Shown one piece after another: positions 44,842 to 55,025 of a stretch of 64,000 nt of DNA (positions within the stretch are counted from its first letter, which is position 1; each line of letters starts with the position of its first letter). This stretch comes from a virus. The notes beneath the pieces are model-generated. The model was not told the origin of the DNA, did not search any database, and saw nothing but the letters and a program-made list of their open reading frames with translations. The DNA lies in the IMG/VR virus record IMGVR_UViG_3300046163_000090, positions 32,001-96,000 of that record; one strand, given 5' to 3'. The translations under genes were made by a program, and so were the position numbers.

Positions 44842-47800
44842 TTAGTTGATTCCTGTCCAGGAAAAAGAGTGATCGTGCGAAGTGTACGGATCTGTAGCCA
44901 TAGCTGAATCCGTTCCCGTGGAGTATATTTTTGTGTTTATGATCATGTCTGCAAAACTAAGTACACCAAAAGAGGTTAAACTGGAGTCGAAATCTTCAAA
45001 GGTTCTTGAGTGTCCCGTGTAATCAATTTGAGTAATTACTCTGATATCAGCCAGATCAAGTTTATCGATAGATGTCAACCTGGAATCTAAATCTTCAAAA
45101 GTCTTTTGATCGCCAGTATTATCTATTTTCGATATCAATCGTATGTCGCTAACGTCTATAATATTGCCACCAAATGCATTCGAGTCAATATTAGAGAATG
45201 TGTTTGAGGAATCTTGGTAGTCTATAATGCCAGCATGCATCTTGACATCGTTGACACTAAATATCCCCCCACCTGGAGGAGCAACTGGGGCGACTGGAAT
45301 ATCTTCTATTTCAACTACCACGGAAGGCGGTAGTTCAAGCTGCACAAAACTTAATTCAGGCAAACCGTGAATAAAATTGTTTGATGTTAAACCGTTTCCA
45401 GAAACCAATATAGAGCTATCGGATGCCACAAAAAGCATAGAGTTACTAACGGTAGATGTTAAACCTTTATTATATAAAGAAACTATTCGTTGAGTTCCAT
45501 TATAAAAATCTGCTCTACTTAGAGCTGATGCATCGTTAGATTCAAAACATATTGTAGATGAAATTCTGTAAGTTCTACCAACAACTAAATTGCCAAACTC
45601 TAAGTCGGTTATAAATCCATCAGATGTTTGATCTTGGGTAACATAAGCTGTACTAAATTCGTTTGTCGTGGATGAACCTACTGAAATTTCAACGAACTCA
45701 ACTCCGTCTTCTCCATCTTTAACTTTGACATATTTACCGCCAGCATTAGAGTAGTTGACGGGAGTATCTCGCAGCATTTTAAAATCAATGTTACTTTTTC
45801 CAGCACTTGGGTCGCATGTTGCATTAAGTAAAGATGTCGGCGGCAATAAGTCTGATCTAAAAGCTATTTTATCAACCCTTATATCCTGCATGTTACCATT
45901 GAAAAATACCATTGCCTGCCCAGCCCCCATTGGCCCAGCTCCAATACTGAGGCCAAAGTTAGGAGTAATAGTTGATGCGTCAGATGTCCAAGCAAGACTC
46001 TGCTCTTGATTTCCGTCAAGATACAAAGACATCGTGTTGTTTTCATTAACAATTGCAACATGGTGCCATGTTTGAGCTGATACGGTTGAGGAGCTAGCTA
46101 GCGAAAGTCCTGTTGCATTGCTTAGACCCTTCATGACATCAAACTTTACTTTGTTGTCTGAATCTACAATTAATCTAATGCCATGTTCATTGTTGTTTGC
46201 CGCAGTTAATAATAAAGGCTCTCTGGTATTAAGGGCATCTTTGAATATCCATAATTGTATAGTATAGTTTTTTATTATTTTTGTATGGAAAAACTTGAAC
46301 GCAGAACCATCGGCAACTAGCAGCTGTCCGTTACCGTTAAATTGTATAGAGCTAGAACCAAAACCAGCCTTAGGGTTACTGGTGCTATGTGTTACATTTG
46401 ATCCAAGTATTGAATAATTATTAACAGAGGAATCTTCGAATGCAGAGCTGTTTGTTGTTTTATCGCTTTGTAAATGAAATTCAGAACAATTATCTTCGCC
46501 GTCAACTTCTTGAAGACCTAGGGCATCATTAACATTGAAAGTTGTAAACTCGAGAGCATCTTCTGTATCGTTAACTTTTACAAATTTTCCACTTTCGCCA
46601 ATAAAAGAGCTTGGGGTGTCAGTTAAGTCTTCAAAAGTAGAGGATCCTCCGCCTCCACCGCCTCCACCGCCATTACTTGAACCTCCACCCAGTTCTGTGA
46701 TGGTCATTATTTGCTGACTTAGGTTGGCTGAAGCGTTTGCTCCCTGAACCATTACGGTGTTAAAAACTTTATCACCAGCTTTGAGCTCAATAACTGCTGA
46801 TAAATTTACACTACTATGATTATTATTGGTTGAGTTTTTTATTGATCCTTGTTCAGCTTTTATATTACTAGTAGCAACACTGTTTAAGAAAATAAAACCG
46901 AAAAGATGTTGGTGAGCGTTTGGGGATTTATTAGTGCAGTTTACTATTACCGTCATGTCTCTTGGCGCAACCCAGACATTATCACTTGAATCCCATGCAG
47001 AATAAGTGTCAGTTGTTGGAACATACGGTACATTTGTATGAGAATTTACAACTGTTACCATCGAGGTTATATCAGATTCAAATACGATATCAGTACTGCT
47101 AGAGCTTCCTCCGCCAGCATAATAAATCGCACGATTATTTTCAATAAACCATTTTAATGAATTTGTGGCGCTTGGTACATCTTGAAAGTTTGTATGGCTA
47201 CTGTACAATTGTGAGTAATCACCATTTGAGTTGTTGTTGAATGCAAATCCTAAAAATACACCTCCTTGATTTATATCTCTACATTCATAAAATATATCAT
47301 TGTCAACACCATTTGTTGAATGCGGTTCATGTACAAATTTTAAATGCAATATTGCTTCTGATCTGTCAGCTGCTTCTGTGCTTATTGGAGAATGCGGCCA
47401 TACAATTGCATCAGGTAAATCCGTGTAAAAATTAGATTTATCTTGAATAACTCGCAAAGAACTTGAAGAAGAACCACCACCAGCAGTAGACCCTCCTCCG
47501 CCTCCGCCACCTCCACCAAAATATAATGCTCGGTCATTGGATATGTATTCTTGTATTGAATTGAATTCTTTTTTGACATGTTGATCATTTGAATTTGAGT
47601 TGTAAGATCCATCTGTAGAGTCAAATCTTATATACCACCTTTTGCTTACGTAGTTATTTGTTTCATAACTAAACTTTTGACTAGTTACATCTCCGTTGGA
47701 ATCGTAACTGTTTACCCACCCCCCAAAATCTAGCTGTATTAAATCGTCGTTTCCGTTGGTGGTTGTAGCGTTTGTATCTTTTACTAAAATTGCATCAGGT

Positions 47801-47979
47801 ATTTGTACTCCACTACCAATAAGTGGTATATTATCGATGTTTTCTTGAATTTGATTGATAGCGCTTATGGCTCCGCCGCCGCCTCCACCAGTACCCCCGC
47901 CATTTTGATCTATATATTCACGAACGGATTTACCCATTTCGTAAATTCCTGAAAGCATTGATTTAGTTGAGTCTGACAT
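44842..47979 (-). CDS. Modular fibre/appendage protein with C1q/TNF-like and LamG (ConA-like) domains
   Basis: Poly-Gly linkers, repeated PDAI...RA[LI]Y and F..L.DTP....GK.VKV modules, WVAP...VIELKAGDKV (C1q-like) and YTIQLW...WHHVAIV...LYLDG (LamG). Confidence 0.72.
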   Translation of the reverse strand: MSDSTKSMLSGIYEMGKSVREYIDQNGGGTGGGGGGAISAINQIQENIDNIPLIGSGVQIPDAILVKDTNATTTNGNDDLIQLDFGGWVNSYDSNGDVTSQKFSYETNNYVSKRWYIRFDSTDGSYNSNSNDQHVKKEFNSIQEYISNDRALYFGGGGGGGGGSTAGGGSSSSSLRVIQDKSNFYTDLPDAIVWPHSPISTEAADRSEAILHLKFVHEPHSTNGVDNDIFYECRDINQGGVFLGFAFNNNSNGDYSQLYSSHTNFQDVPSATNSLKWFIENNRAIYYAGGGSSSSTDIVFESDITSMVTVVNSHTNVPYVPTTDTYSAWDSSDNVWVAPRDMTVIVNCTNKSPNAHQHLFGFIFLNSVATSNIKAEQGSIKNSTNNNHSSVNLSAVIELKAGDKVFNTVMVQGANASANLSQQIMTITELGGGSSNGGGGGGGGGSSTFEDLTDTPSSFIGESGKFVKVNDTEDALEFTTFNVNDALGLQEVDGEDNCSEFHLQSDKTTNSSAFEDSSVNNYSILGSNVTHSTSNPKAGFGSSSIQFNGNGQLLVADGSAFKFFHTKIIKNYTIQLWIFKDALNTREPLLLTAANNNEHGIRLIVDSDNKVKFDVMKGLSNATGLSLASSSTVSAQTWHHVAIVNENNTMSLYLDGNQEQSLAWTSDASTITPNFGLSIGAGPMGAGQAMVFFNGNMQDIRVDKIAFRSDLLPPTSLLNATCDPSAGKSNIDFKMLRDTPVNYSNAGGKYVKVKDGEDGVEFVEISVGSSTTNEFSTAYVTQDQTSDGFITDLEFGNLVVGRTYRISSTICFESNDASALSRADFYNGTQRIVSLYNKGLTSTVSNSMLFVASDSSILVSGNGLTSNNFIHGLPELSFVQLELPPSVVVEIEDIPVAPVAPPGGGIFSVNDVKMHAGIIDYQDSSNTFSNIDSNAFGGNIIDVSDIRLISKIDNTGDQKTFEDLDSRLTSIDKLDLADIRVITQIDYTGHSRTFEDFDSSLTSFGVLSFADMIINTKIYSTGTDSAMATDPYTSHDHSFSWTGIN

Positions 47980-47998
47980 AATTATGTTTTACACTTGT

Positions 47999-50986
47999 TC
48001 AGCATGGGTTATCTAATAAAGCGGCTGCTGGGACGAAATTACTTGTGTATACTGCCTTTTTGCTGATGCGGAAATCTTGAATGTGCTTTGGATTACTTGT
48101 CCATCCAGAGGCAGTCTGATCTCCAATTTCTGCCTGTCGAACTGAAGAGACCACCGATCCATTCATAGTATCATCAACTTCTCGCTGACCATTTACATAC
48201 AGATGAAAAGAGTTACCAATTCTGACCGCTGCAATATGAGTCCAATTATTGACCACGCTTGCTATTCCTGTACTAGTAAAATAAACTCCTAAGCTATTTA
48301 CAAACATAATTCTGTCCTGATTAAGAGAGATTGAATATTCTGTCCCTGAATTAGCGCTAAGTCCCCTTTTTGTTATGATATTTTTTGTTGATGCTGTGAC
48401 AGCTGTATCATATTTTATCCATAGTTCAATTGTAAAATCATCTGATCCAAAATTAGGTGGAGTAAACTCGAGCAACTTATTATTATCGAAAAAGAAAGTA
48501 CTTTCGCCGAACAAGGTTTCAGAATTATCAATAAATGATTGATTGTTTACGTTGTTTGAGTTAGTGATTGATAAGTTATTATCGCTTTTATCTTCAACTG
48601 TTCCTCCAGAAGATGCTTGTAGATGAAAATCAACTTCGCTGCAAGTTGGTTGATCTCCTGGAAAATCACATGGGTTACCTAGTAAACTTGTTGGCGGGGT
48701 GAAGTTGCCTGTATATACCGCTTTTTTGCTGATGCGGAAATCTTGAGCATGCATGTTTGCATGGTATGGTTGATTTATGTCGGTTCGCGGCATGGCTCTT
48801 GTGCCTATGTGCATAGGATGCAGCTGTGTGTATGTCACATCGCTCCAACCAGTTGCAGAATTTTGAAGTTTTCCGTTGATGTACATGCTTATCACATCAC
48901 CACTAGCCACAATTGCCACATGATGCCATGCGTTTAGTTGCATGAGGTCATTACTTGATATATTGATCGATCCTGTATTTGAGAAAGATTGAAATTTGAT
49001 TTTTTGACGATCAGCAAGAGTATTATTCTGAGAATTTATTCTGACTACTTGCCATTTTTCGCTACCAATATCAGTACTAATATCTGGCCAAGATGCAATC
49101 AACATTTCGCCTTTATTTGTCCATTGTTCAGCATTCAGCTTAAACCAGCATTCCATGGTGAAATTGCCGCCCAGATTTAATAAGTTAGTTTGATTGATCT
49201 GCAAATAATCACCCGCTCCATCAAAATTCATTGTGCCACGGCCAAATAGTATAGCTGTGGTATCCACAACTGTATCGCCAACAGTTGTTACTGTGTGTTG
49301 ATTGTCGCTCTTATCAGCGATAGTTTCTCCAGCAGCTGGCTGAAGATGTAAGGCTACTTGATTACAGTTTGGTTGATCGGGAGCAAATGTACATTCAAAA
49401 TACCCAGTAATAGAAGAGTCTCTGTCAATAAATACAGTTTCCTGAGCATTTGTTTTTGGGAAGTTCGGTAAATCAGACCTCCATTCTTTAAAAGTGCAAG
49501 ATCCGATATTCGAACTGCTAAACCCTTGAGCTCTTATATTTATGTTTTGATCTCCAGCGAACATACCCCATTTGAATGTGGTCTCATCTATTACAACAGT
49601 ATTTCGCTCTTGATTTAAGTTTGAGTCGGCAAACAAACATACATCATGCACAAAATCGTGAATATTTGTTTGATTATTTAATCCAGCGCTAAATGAAGTA
49701 CTGGTGTTGTCCGCTAAAAATTGATCTTTATATTCTGTGTATTGATTGAATTCCTCGAGATTTGAAACGCAAGCAGGTGCTTCTGAGGGCGGAGCAACCG
49801 CACCTGCTCCAACTTTAACCCATTCTCCGTTACAACCAATATGTAAATCACACCCAACGGTAACCAATTGACCGTCAGCGGGATTATCTGGCAAATCAGT
49901 TATATCGTCGACAGAGTCTACTCCACCCCCAGCGGGCATATCAACCCACTTTAAGCCTGTAGTTGTTGATTGTAGAATTTTACCATCATCGTAATTCGTC
50001 GGTGTATCACTTAAGCCAGTAAAACTAAGACCTGTAGATAATTGTCCTGTTATTTGCTGTATTAATAGAAAATTTTGAGCAACACCAGTAGTTAAATTCG
50101 TAGTATTAGTTAATGCTTTATATTCATTCCAAAAAGTTGGACTGTTAAAAACATTCCCAAAGAAATTGGTGGTTCGATCTATTTGTGTCTGAACAAAGCC
50201 TTTAACCGTAGAAAAGTCTTTTAATGAAGTGGGATCATTTACTAGGTCTTTCTGTATAGATGTGTTGGGTCCATAGAAATTATTTAGAGCTTCAATTACA
50301 TTAGAGGAAGAAGTATCTACAAATTTAAAATTAGAACCAGGTTGAAAAGTAAAACTTTTTCCTCCTATAATTTGATCTAACACTGTAATAATGTGGCTTG
50401 CTTTTGATGCTGAAGTCAAATCGGGAATGGAGCTTTTTAATAGATTTTTTATTTGGGATCCGTATGTTGCCCACATAACACCTGGAGTTAAACCGAAAGC
50501 GGTATTTCCATCTGTATAAGTAAATAGATCAGCCGCTACAAATCCTACGGTTGGAAAAGTTGAAGACTCTACATTTAAACCTTCATATGCTGTTTTAATT
50601 GCTAAGGCTGCATTTAATTCTGTATCTGCATCTGTTGCTCCAGCAGTCCATGTAGCCTCCAATTTTGGCATCATAATGCCTCCTCCCAGTGGAGACTCTG
50701 GAACTAATAAAGAGAGGCCGTTTAAACCTCCCCAAGAACCGTCACCATTAACCCATTTATCGTTAACTTGTCCAGGTATTTCAATAAACTCATCAGCATT
50801 AAAATCTTGAAGTAAAGCGGTAGACTGTATAACCCCAATGTCGTCTATATCAAAAAATTCTTTAACTGAGCCATCTGGATCTCGATTTCCTATCTCTCCC
50901 CTTTCAGTGATTTTTAATAAATAGAACAAAGAATCTGCATCGGGTGAAGCAGACACTGCATCGGTTCCTTTGATTTCGTCTGGCAT
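47999..50986 (-). CDS. Fibre/appendage protein with two LamG domains
   Basis: FTMECW/FTIELW, WHHVAIV/WTHIAAV, MYING/LYVNG and two copies of QDFRISKKAVYT.NF.P. Confidence 0.78.
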   Translation of the reverse strand: MPDEIKGTDAVSASPDADSLFYLLKITERGEIGNRDPDGSVKEFFDIDDIGVIQSTALLQDFNADEFIEIPGQVNDKWVNGDGSWGGLNGLSLLVPESPLGGGIMMPKLEATWTAGATDADTELNAALAIKTAYEGLNVESSTFPTVGFVAADLFTYTDGNTAFGLTPGVMWATYGSQIKNLLKSSIPDLTSASKASHIITVLDQIIGGKSFTFQPGSNFKFVDTSSSNVIEALNNFYGPNTSIQKDLVNDPTSLKDFSTVKGFVQTQIDRTTNFFGNVFNSPTFWNEYKALTNTTNLTTGVAQNFLLIQQITGQLSTGLSFTGLSDTPTNYDDGKILQSTTTGLKWVDMPAGGGVDSVDDITDLPDNPADGQLVTVGCDLHIGCNGEWVKVGAGAVAPPSEAPACVSNLEEFNQYTEYKDQFLADNTSTSFSAGLNNQTNIHDFVHDVCLFADSNLNQERNTVVIDETTFKWGMFAGDQNINIRAQGFSSSNIGSCTFKEWRSDLPNFPKTNAQETVFIDRDSSITGYFECTFAPDQPNCNQVALHLQPAAGETIADKSDNQHTVTTVGDTVVDTTAILFGRGTMNFDGAGDYLQINQTNLLNLGGNFTMECWFKLNAEQWTNKGEMLIASWPDISTDIGSEKWQVVRINSQNNTLADRQKIKFQSFSNTGSINISSNDLMQLNAWHHVAIVASGDVISMYINGKLQNSATGWSDVTYTQLHPMHIGTRAMPRTDINQPYHANMHAQDFRISKKAVYTGNFTPPTSLLGNPCDFPGDQPTCSEVDFHLQASSGGTVEDKSDNNLSITNSNNVNNQSFIDNSETLFGESTFFFDNNKLLEFTPPNFGSDDFTIELWIKYDTAVTASTKNIITKRGLSANSGTEYSISLNQDRIMFVNSLGVYFTSTGIASVVNNWTHIAAVRIGNSFHLYVNGQREVDDTMNGSVVSSVRQAEIGDQTASGWTSNPKHIQDFRISKKAVYTSNFVPAAALLDNPC

Positions 50987-50987
50987 A

Positions 50988-51740
50988 TTATGAATATTTT
51001 AAAGTTATAGTTAATGAACTTCCTTGTATTAGTCCGCCTTGACTGGTTTCTGCAGCCACTATCTGACCAAAAACTGTTTGATTACTTATGATAGCCGTAT
51101 CGACAAGCAAGGCATTTTCATCATTTAATCTTTCTAGAGTGAACAGAGCTTCACCTAAGCCGCTTGACTGAAAATTATCTGGAAATATTCCTTGGAAATT
51201 TGGAGCTAAGTTAGATGTAAATTGCCCAGGTTTTATTTCCCAATTTGAATATCCTCTATTCGAAGGTAGTAGATCATTTGGTATTGAAACTCTTGTTGTC
51301 GACGGCCCATCAATAGTTAATTCAACTATGGGGGAAGGTCTACTAGCTGAAGGGGTTGGGGTTTGAGATAGCGGAATATTTGGAGTTAAACTTGGCGTAG
51401 GGGTTAATGGTGGAGTCTTGCTGGGAGTAGGGGTCACGAATTCAGATTCTTGCTCTTTCGTAGAGCTTTGAAATTCTTCATATGGAGTAATTACTGCTGC
51501 TGGATTTTCCGCAATTTTTTGCATTTGCTCGACCATCCATTCAAATTTAGACTGAAAACCTACAATAGCAGTAGACCCTACATTCTCTGGATCAAATTGA
51601 TTCGCCGAAGACATAAAGTCTCTGATCGTGCTTTTTAGTAGTTTTCTTGCATTTGAATCTGGATTTTTTTCGATAATTACGATATCATCTAGATTAAAAT
51701 CGTCTCCATCTGGCAATTGATCTGGTCTTTTTGTCGGCAT
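50988..51740 (-). CDS. Putative virion protein with central Thr/Pro-rich linker
   Basis: VTPTPSKTPPLTPTPSLTPN...TPTPSAS linker, upstream GTGTA motif. Confidence 0.6.
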   Translation of the reverse strand: MPTKRPDQLPDGDDFNLDDIVIIEKNPDSNARKLLKSTIRDFMSSANQFDPENVGSTAIVGFQSKFEWMVEQMQKIAENPAAVITPYEEFQSSTKEQESEFVTPTPSKTPPLTPTPSLTPNIPLSQTPTPSASRPSPIVELTIDGPSTTRVSIPNDLLPSNRGYSNWEIKPGQFTSNLAPNFQGIFPDNFQSSGLGEALFTLERLNDENALLVDTAIISNQTVFGQIVAAETSQGGLIQGSSLTITLKYS

Positions 51741-51773
51741 TTTAGTTTATTACACTTTTTTTAATGTTTTTGG

Positions 51774-54365
51774 TTAACATAATTCTATAGGAAAGATTGC
51801 TGGCAAGCTGTCGCAGTTAGTACTTACAACGGGTTCTGTAGGTGATGGAGTTAAGCTCATCGACGTGCTGGGGGTAATTTGTGGGGTTTTTGTTGGAGTG
51901 CATGTGATAGAGGGGGTAAGGGTCATTGACATGGTTAATGAAGGGGTAGCTGTTTGGGTATGAGTTGAGCTTGGAGTTATTGATTTTGTTGGGGTAGGAG
52001 AAGGTGTTTCTGTAGGTGTTGTAGAAGTTGAATTCGTTGGGGTTTGGGTGACTGATGGTGTTACGGTTTTAGTTTGAGTTTGAGTTTGTGTCGGGGTTGA
52101 GGTAATTGACACTATAACACTAATAGCTTTTATTGTTGCATTAGCATCATGGTTATGTTGCAAGGAATTTTTTAGATCAATTATTCCTGGATTATCTAAT
52201 GAGCTAATAACATTGACTTCTTCTACAGGTAAACCTTCGTCTATTATTACTTCTTGGTTGATGTTAAATTTAGCTTGACTTTCAGTAGATACAGTTAGGA
52301 AAGTTTCCCCTTGATTTGCTGGAGATATTATGTGAGAAACTAATCCAAAATTAGAATCCTCAGGGTTATAAGGTTCAGCCTCATCATAATTAACTTCATA
52401 ACCCATGTCTTCTAGGAAGCCTATACTGATCTTACTTAATGGGTTGTAGTTTCCATTTTCAGACCATCCAGCCATAAGCTCATGCTCCAGACCTGGATGA
52501 AATACTCCACCAATTAATCTATCGTTAACAGATATTCCATTCAAGAATCCTTCTTCTGGGTGAGAATGTGCCGTGCCTTGTCCCCCGTCATCTTCTGTAG
52601 GTATTCCAGATAACTCTGCGACATTGTGGCCTAATGGCTCTAAATAATCTTTATATGCTTGAAAAGCATGTTGTCCAGTATAATAAAATTTATCTACCCC
52701 ATCTTCGACATATTTAACTACAGGTTCTCCAGCAATAGTGCTATTTTCGCTTAACGTAAATCTACCTATCCCAAGTAAATGTCCAACTTCGTGTAGAGAT
52801 ACATAGTATAATTCACTAAAACCAGCATCCCCTACATTATCTCTCTTGCTTTCAAGGTGTACTGTGTTTAATATTAACCTACCACTGATTGGGAAAAATG
52901 ATCCAAAATTTAGAGATCCCATAAAATGAGATATAGATGCGCCACCTAAAATATTAGGTGCCATAGTGTCATATTCAACGCCAACCTCTAGTTTCCAGTT
53001 TGAAAATGGTTTACTTACAAGAACTCTATCCCATTTATCAACTGCAGCCTGAATGGTTTCTCTGTAAGAAGGATCATTAAAGCTTGGATCCTGAGAAATG
53101 TTATCGATAGAAAATTCTATATCTTGATCTGGATTTGAGAAAAAAGTTAGCCTTGTTGCAGATGGAGTAATAGTTGGGGTTTGAGTATTTGTTTGAGTAA
53201 TCGAAGGGGTAACAGTAGGTGTTAAAGTATTTGTGTGTGTTGGGGTCGCTGTAAGACTTGGGCTTGAGCTTTGAGTATTTGTTTGGGTAATCGAAGGGGT
53301 TGCTGTGGGTGTTTGAGATATACTTTGAGTAAAAGAAGGGGTAACAGTAGGTGTTAAAGTATTAGTCTGCGTTGGAGTTATTGTAGCTCCCACTGTCGAA
53401 CTTTGAGTATTCGTTTGGGTAATTGAAGGAGTTGCTGTGGCTGTGAGAGTATTTGTGTGTGTTGGGGTCGCTGTAAGACTTGGGCTTGCGCTTTGAGTAT
53501 TTGTTTGGGTAATCGAAGGGGTTGCTGTGGATGTTTGAGATGTGCTTTGAGTAAAAGAAGGGGTAACCGTAGGCGTTAAAGTATTAGTCTGCGTTGGAGT
53601 TATCGTAGCTCCCACTGTCGAACTCTGAGTATTTGTTTGAGTGATTGAAAAAGTTGGGGTAGTTGATGGGGTAAAAGAGCTAGTTATCGTTGCCGTTACT
53701 TGTGGCGATTTTGATGGGGTTACTGAAATTAATGGAGTACTACTAGATGGAGTTACAGAAGGTAAAATTAAACTGCTTGTAGGGGTCGGCGAAGGATTCG
53801 GAATACCTCTAACTTGTTTCACTATTGCTCCAGCTTTATGGGTATAATTTAGTGGACTATCTAGAATTAAAGAGCCTATATCCACTACTGTTCGATGTTC
53901 TTCTATACTAGTCCCTGGATCAATAACTATAAAATTTCCTACATTAAATTCAATTTGATTTGTTACTTCAATAGCTGAGCCTCCAGAATCGACATCTAAA
54001 GTAAGATTGCCATCAGCAAAGAATTTATGAGCAGATTGTAAATCTATCGTTGAGCAATTTATTTCAGCTCGATAAACAGATTGCGAAAATGTTGCACTAA
54101 AGACTCCTTCATCTAAAATAGACTCATTTACTATGTCAGACAAAGGTTTGATTGTAGCATGATATTTTGATTTTTCATCAATATCACATATAGGATCTTC
54201 AGTATCTACTATATAATTTAATTCAAAAGGGCTTTGAAAGTTATGTTCTAAAGCTTCATCAACATACCATACAATTTTTTCTTCAGCTTCATTAACTATA
54301 AAATGATAATCACATGATATCGTTTGAATTTTGTTTATTGTGGCTCGGTAATTGCATTTGCTCAT
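51774..54365 (-). CDS. Leishmanolysin-like (M8) zinc metalloprotease flanked by mucin-like Thr/Pro/Ser repeats
   Basis: LHEVGHLLGIG, EDDGGQGTAHSHPEE, HELMAG (Met-turn) and PLSKISIGFLEDMGYEVNY, with two long T/P/S tracts. Confidence 0.85.
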   Translation of the reverse strand: MSKCNYRATINKIQTISCDYHFIVNEAEEKIVWYVDEALEHNFQSPFELNYIVDTEDPICDIDEKSKYHATIKPLSDIVNESILDEGVFSATFSQSVYRAEINCSTIDLQSAHKFFADGNLTLDVDSGGSAIEVTNQIEFNVGNFIVIDPGTSIEEHRTVVDIGSLILDSPLNYTHKAGAIVKQVRGIPNPSPTPTSSLILPSVTPSSSTPLISVTPSKSPQVTATITSSFTPSTTPTFSITQTNTQSSTVGATITPTQTNTLTPTVTPSFTQSTSQTSTATPSITQTNTQSASPSLTATPTHTNTLTATATPSITQTNTQSSTVGATITPTQTNTLTPTVTPSFTQSISQTPTATPSITQTNTQSSSPSLTATPTHTNTLTPTVTPSITQTNTQTPTITPSATRLTFFSNPDQDIEFSIDNISQDPSFNDPSYRETIQAAVDKWDRVLVSKPFSNWKLEVGVEYDTMAPNILGGASISHFMGSLNFGSFFPISGRLILNTVHLESKRDNVGDAGFSELYYVSLHEVGHLLGIGRFTLSENSTIAGEPVVKYVEDGVDKFYYTGQHAFQAYKDYLEPLGHNVAELSGIPTEDDGGQGTAHSHPEEGFLNGISVNDRLIGGVFHPGLEHELMAGWSENGNYNPLSKISIGFLEDMGYEVNYDEAEPYNPEDSNFGLVSHIISPANQGETFLTVSTESQAKFNINQEVIIDEGLPVEEVNVISSLDNPGIIDLKNSLQHNHDANATIKAISVIVSITSTPTQTQTQTKTVTPSVTQTPTNSTSTTPTETPSPTPTKSITPSSTHTQTATPSLTMSMTLTPSITCTPTKTPQITPSTSMSLTPSPTEPVVSTNCDSLPAIFPIELC
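53160..53660 (-). repeat. Coding repeats of the Thr/Pro/Ser tract (includes a 222-bp duplication)
   Basis: Matching blocks at 53227/53449 and 53361/53583. Confidence 0.8.
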
Positions 54366-54745
54366 AATGGAACAGTTCTACGAGTAATTTCTTTCGAGAA
54401 AATAATATTTCCAGAATCGACAGTAATTACTGTATCTTGTTCGCCAGGTAAAGATATTTGCAAATCATACTCATAGGATCCATCGACTAAGTCTTTTGAG
54501 TCATTGCTTCCTATCGTAATTCTAACATTGCCCGTGCCAAATTTTTCTATTCCGCCAGATTCTTCACTATTTTTTGTAATTACAGCTTTAGTATCATCTG
54601 GATTATTTGCGCCAATTACTCCAAAAAAAGGTTTTTTAACTGTAAATAATACCAAGTAGTTTGCCAGATCAAGTAAGTTATCATCCTTATAAACGCTAAC
54701 ATCCAATACTGATGTATCTCCAATTGTTAATTTAATTTCCGACAT
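54362..54745 (-). CDS. Small beta-sandwich protein (BppU N-terminal-like)
   Basis: IGDT...LDLANY..LFTVK...G.Y.YDLQI pattern common in phage baseplate upper proteins. Confidence 0.6.
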   Translation of the reverse strand: MSEIKLTIGDTSVLDVSVYKDDNLLDLANYLVLFTVKKPFFGVIGANNPDDTKAVITKNSEESGGIEKFGTGNVRITIGSNDSKDLVDGSYEYDLQISLPGEQDTVITVDSGNIIFSKEITRRTVPL

Positions 54746-55025
54746 CTTTTTTCCTATTTTTTGTATTTAATAAACTTGATATTGTAATAAGTACACCTAC
54801 GATAGCCATTATGGCAGCAAAAGCTATTGCGGGATCAATATAATTTGTTTTTTTTATTTTAGAAGCTATTTCAAATTCTAACTTAGTTATATTTCCGTCT
54901 CTATTTATGTCTACATGCTCAAACGATACATTACTTACTGAACTTTTAGGGGTAATTTTTTTTACTGATTGAAAACAACCAGATAAAAATAAACCAATAA
55001 ACATAAATATTATAAATTTTTTCAT
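54732..55025 (-). CDS. Lipoprotein with EF-hand-like loop and C-terminal TM helix (unimolecular spanin candidate)
   Basis: Start re-called at MKKFIIF (ATGA overlap with the upstream gene). Lipobox LSGC, DINRDGNITKLE and C-terminal AIAFAAIMAIVGVLITISSLL. Confidence 0.6.
   Translation of the reverse strand: MKKFIIFMFIGLFLSGCFQSVKKITPKSSVSNVSFEHVDINRDGNITKLEFEIASKIKKTNYIDPAIAFAAIMAIVGVLITISSLLNTKNRKKDVGN

Noticed and set aside
53160-53660. 222-bp near-identical repeat as a DGR template/variable repeat pair
   Set aside because: Both copies are in-frame parts of one T/P/S tract, the differences are not confined to adenines, and no reverse transcriptase is present.
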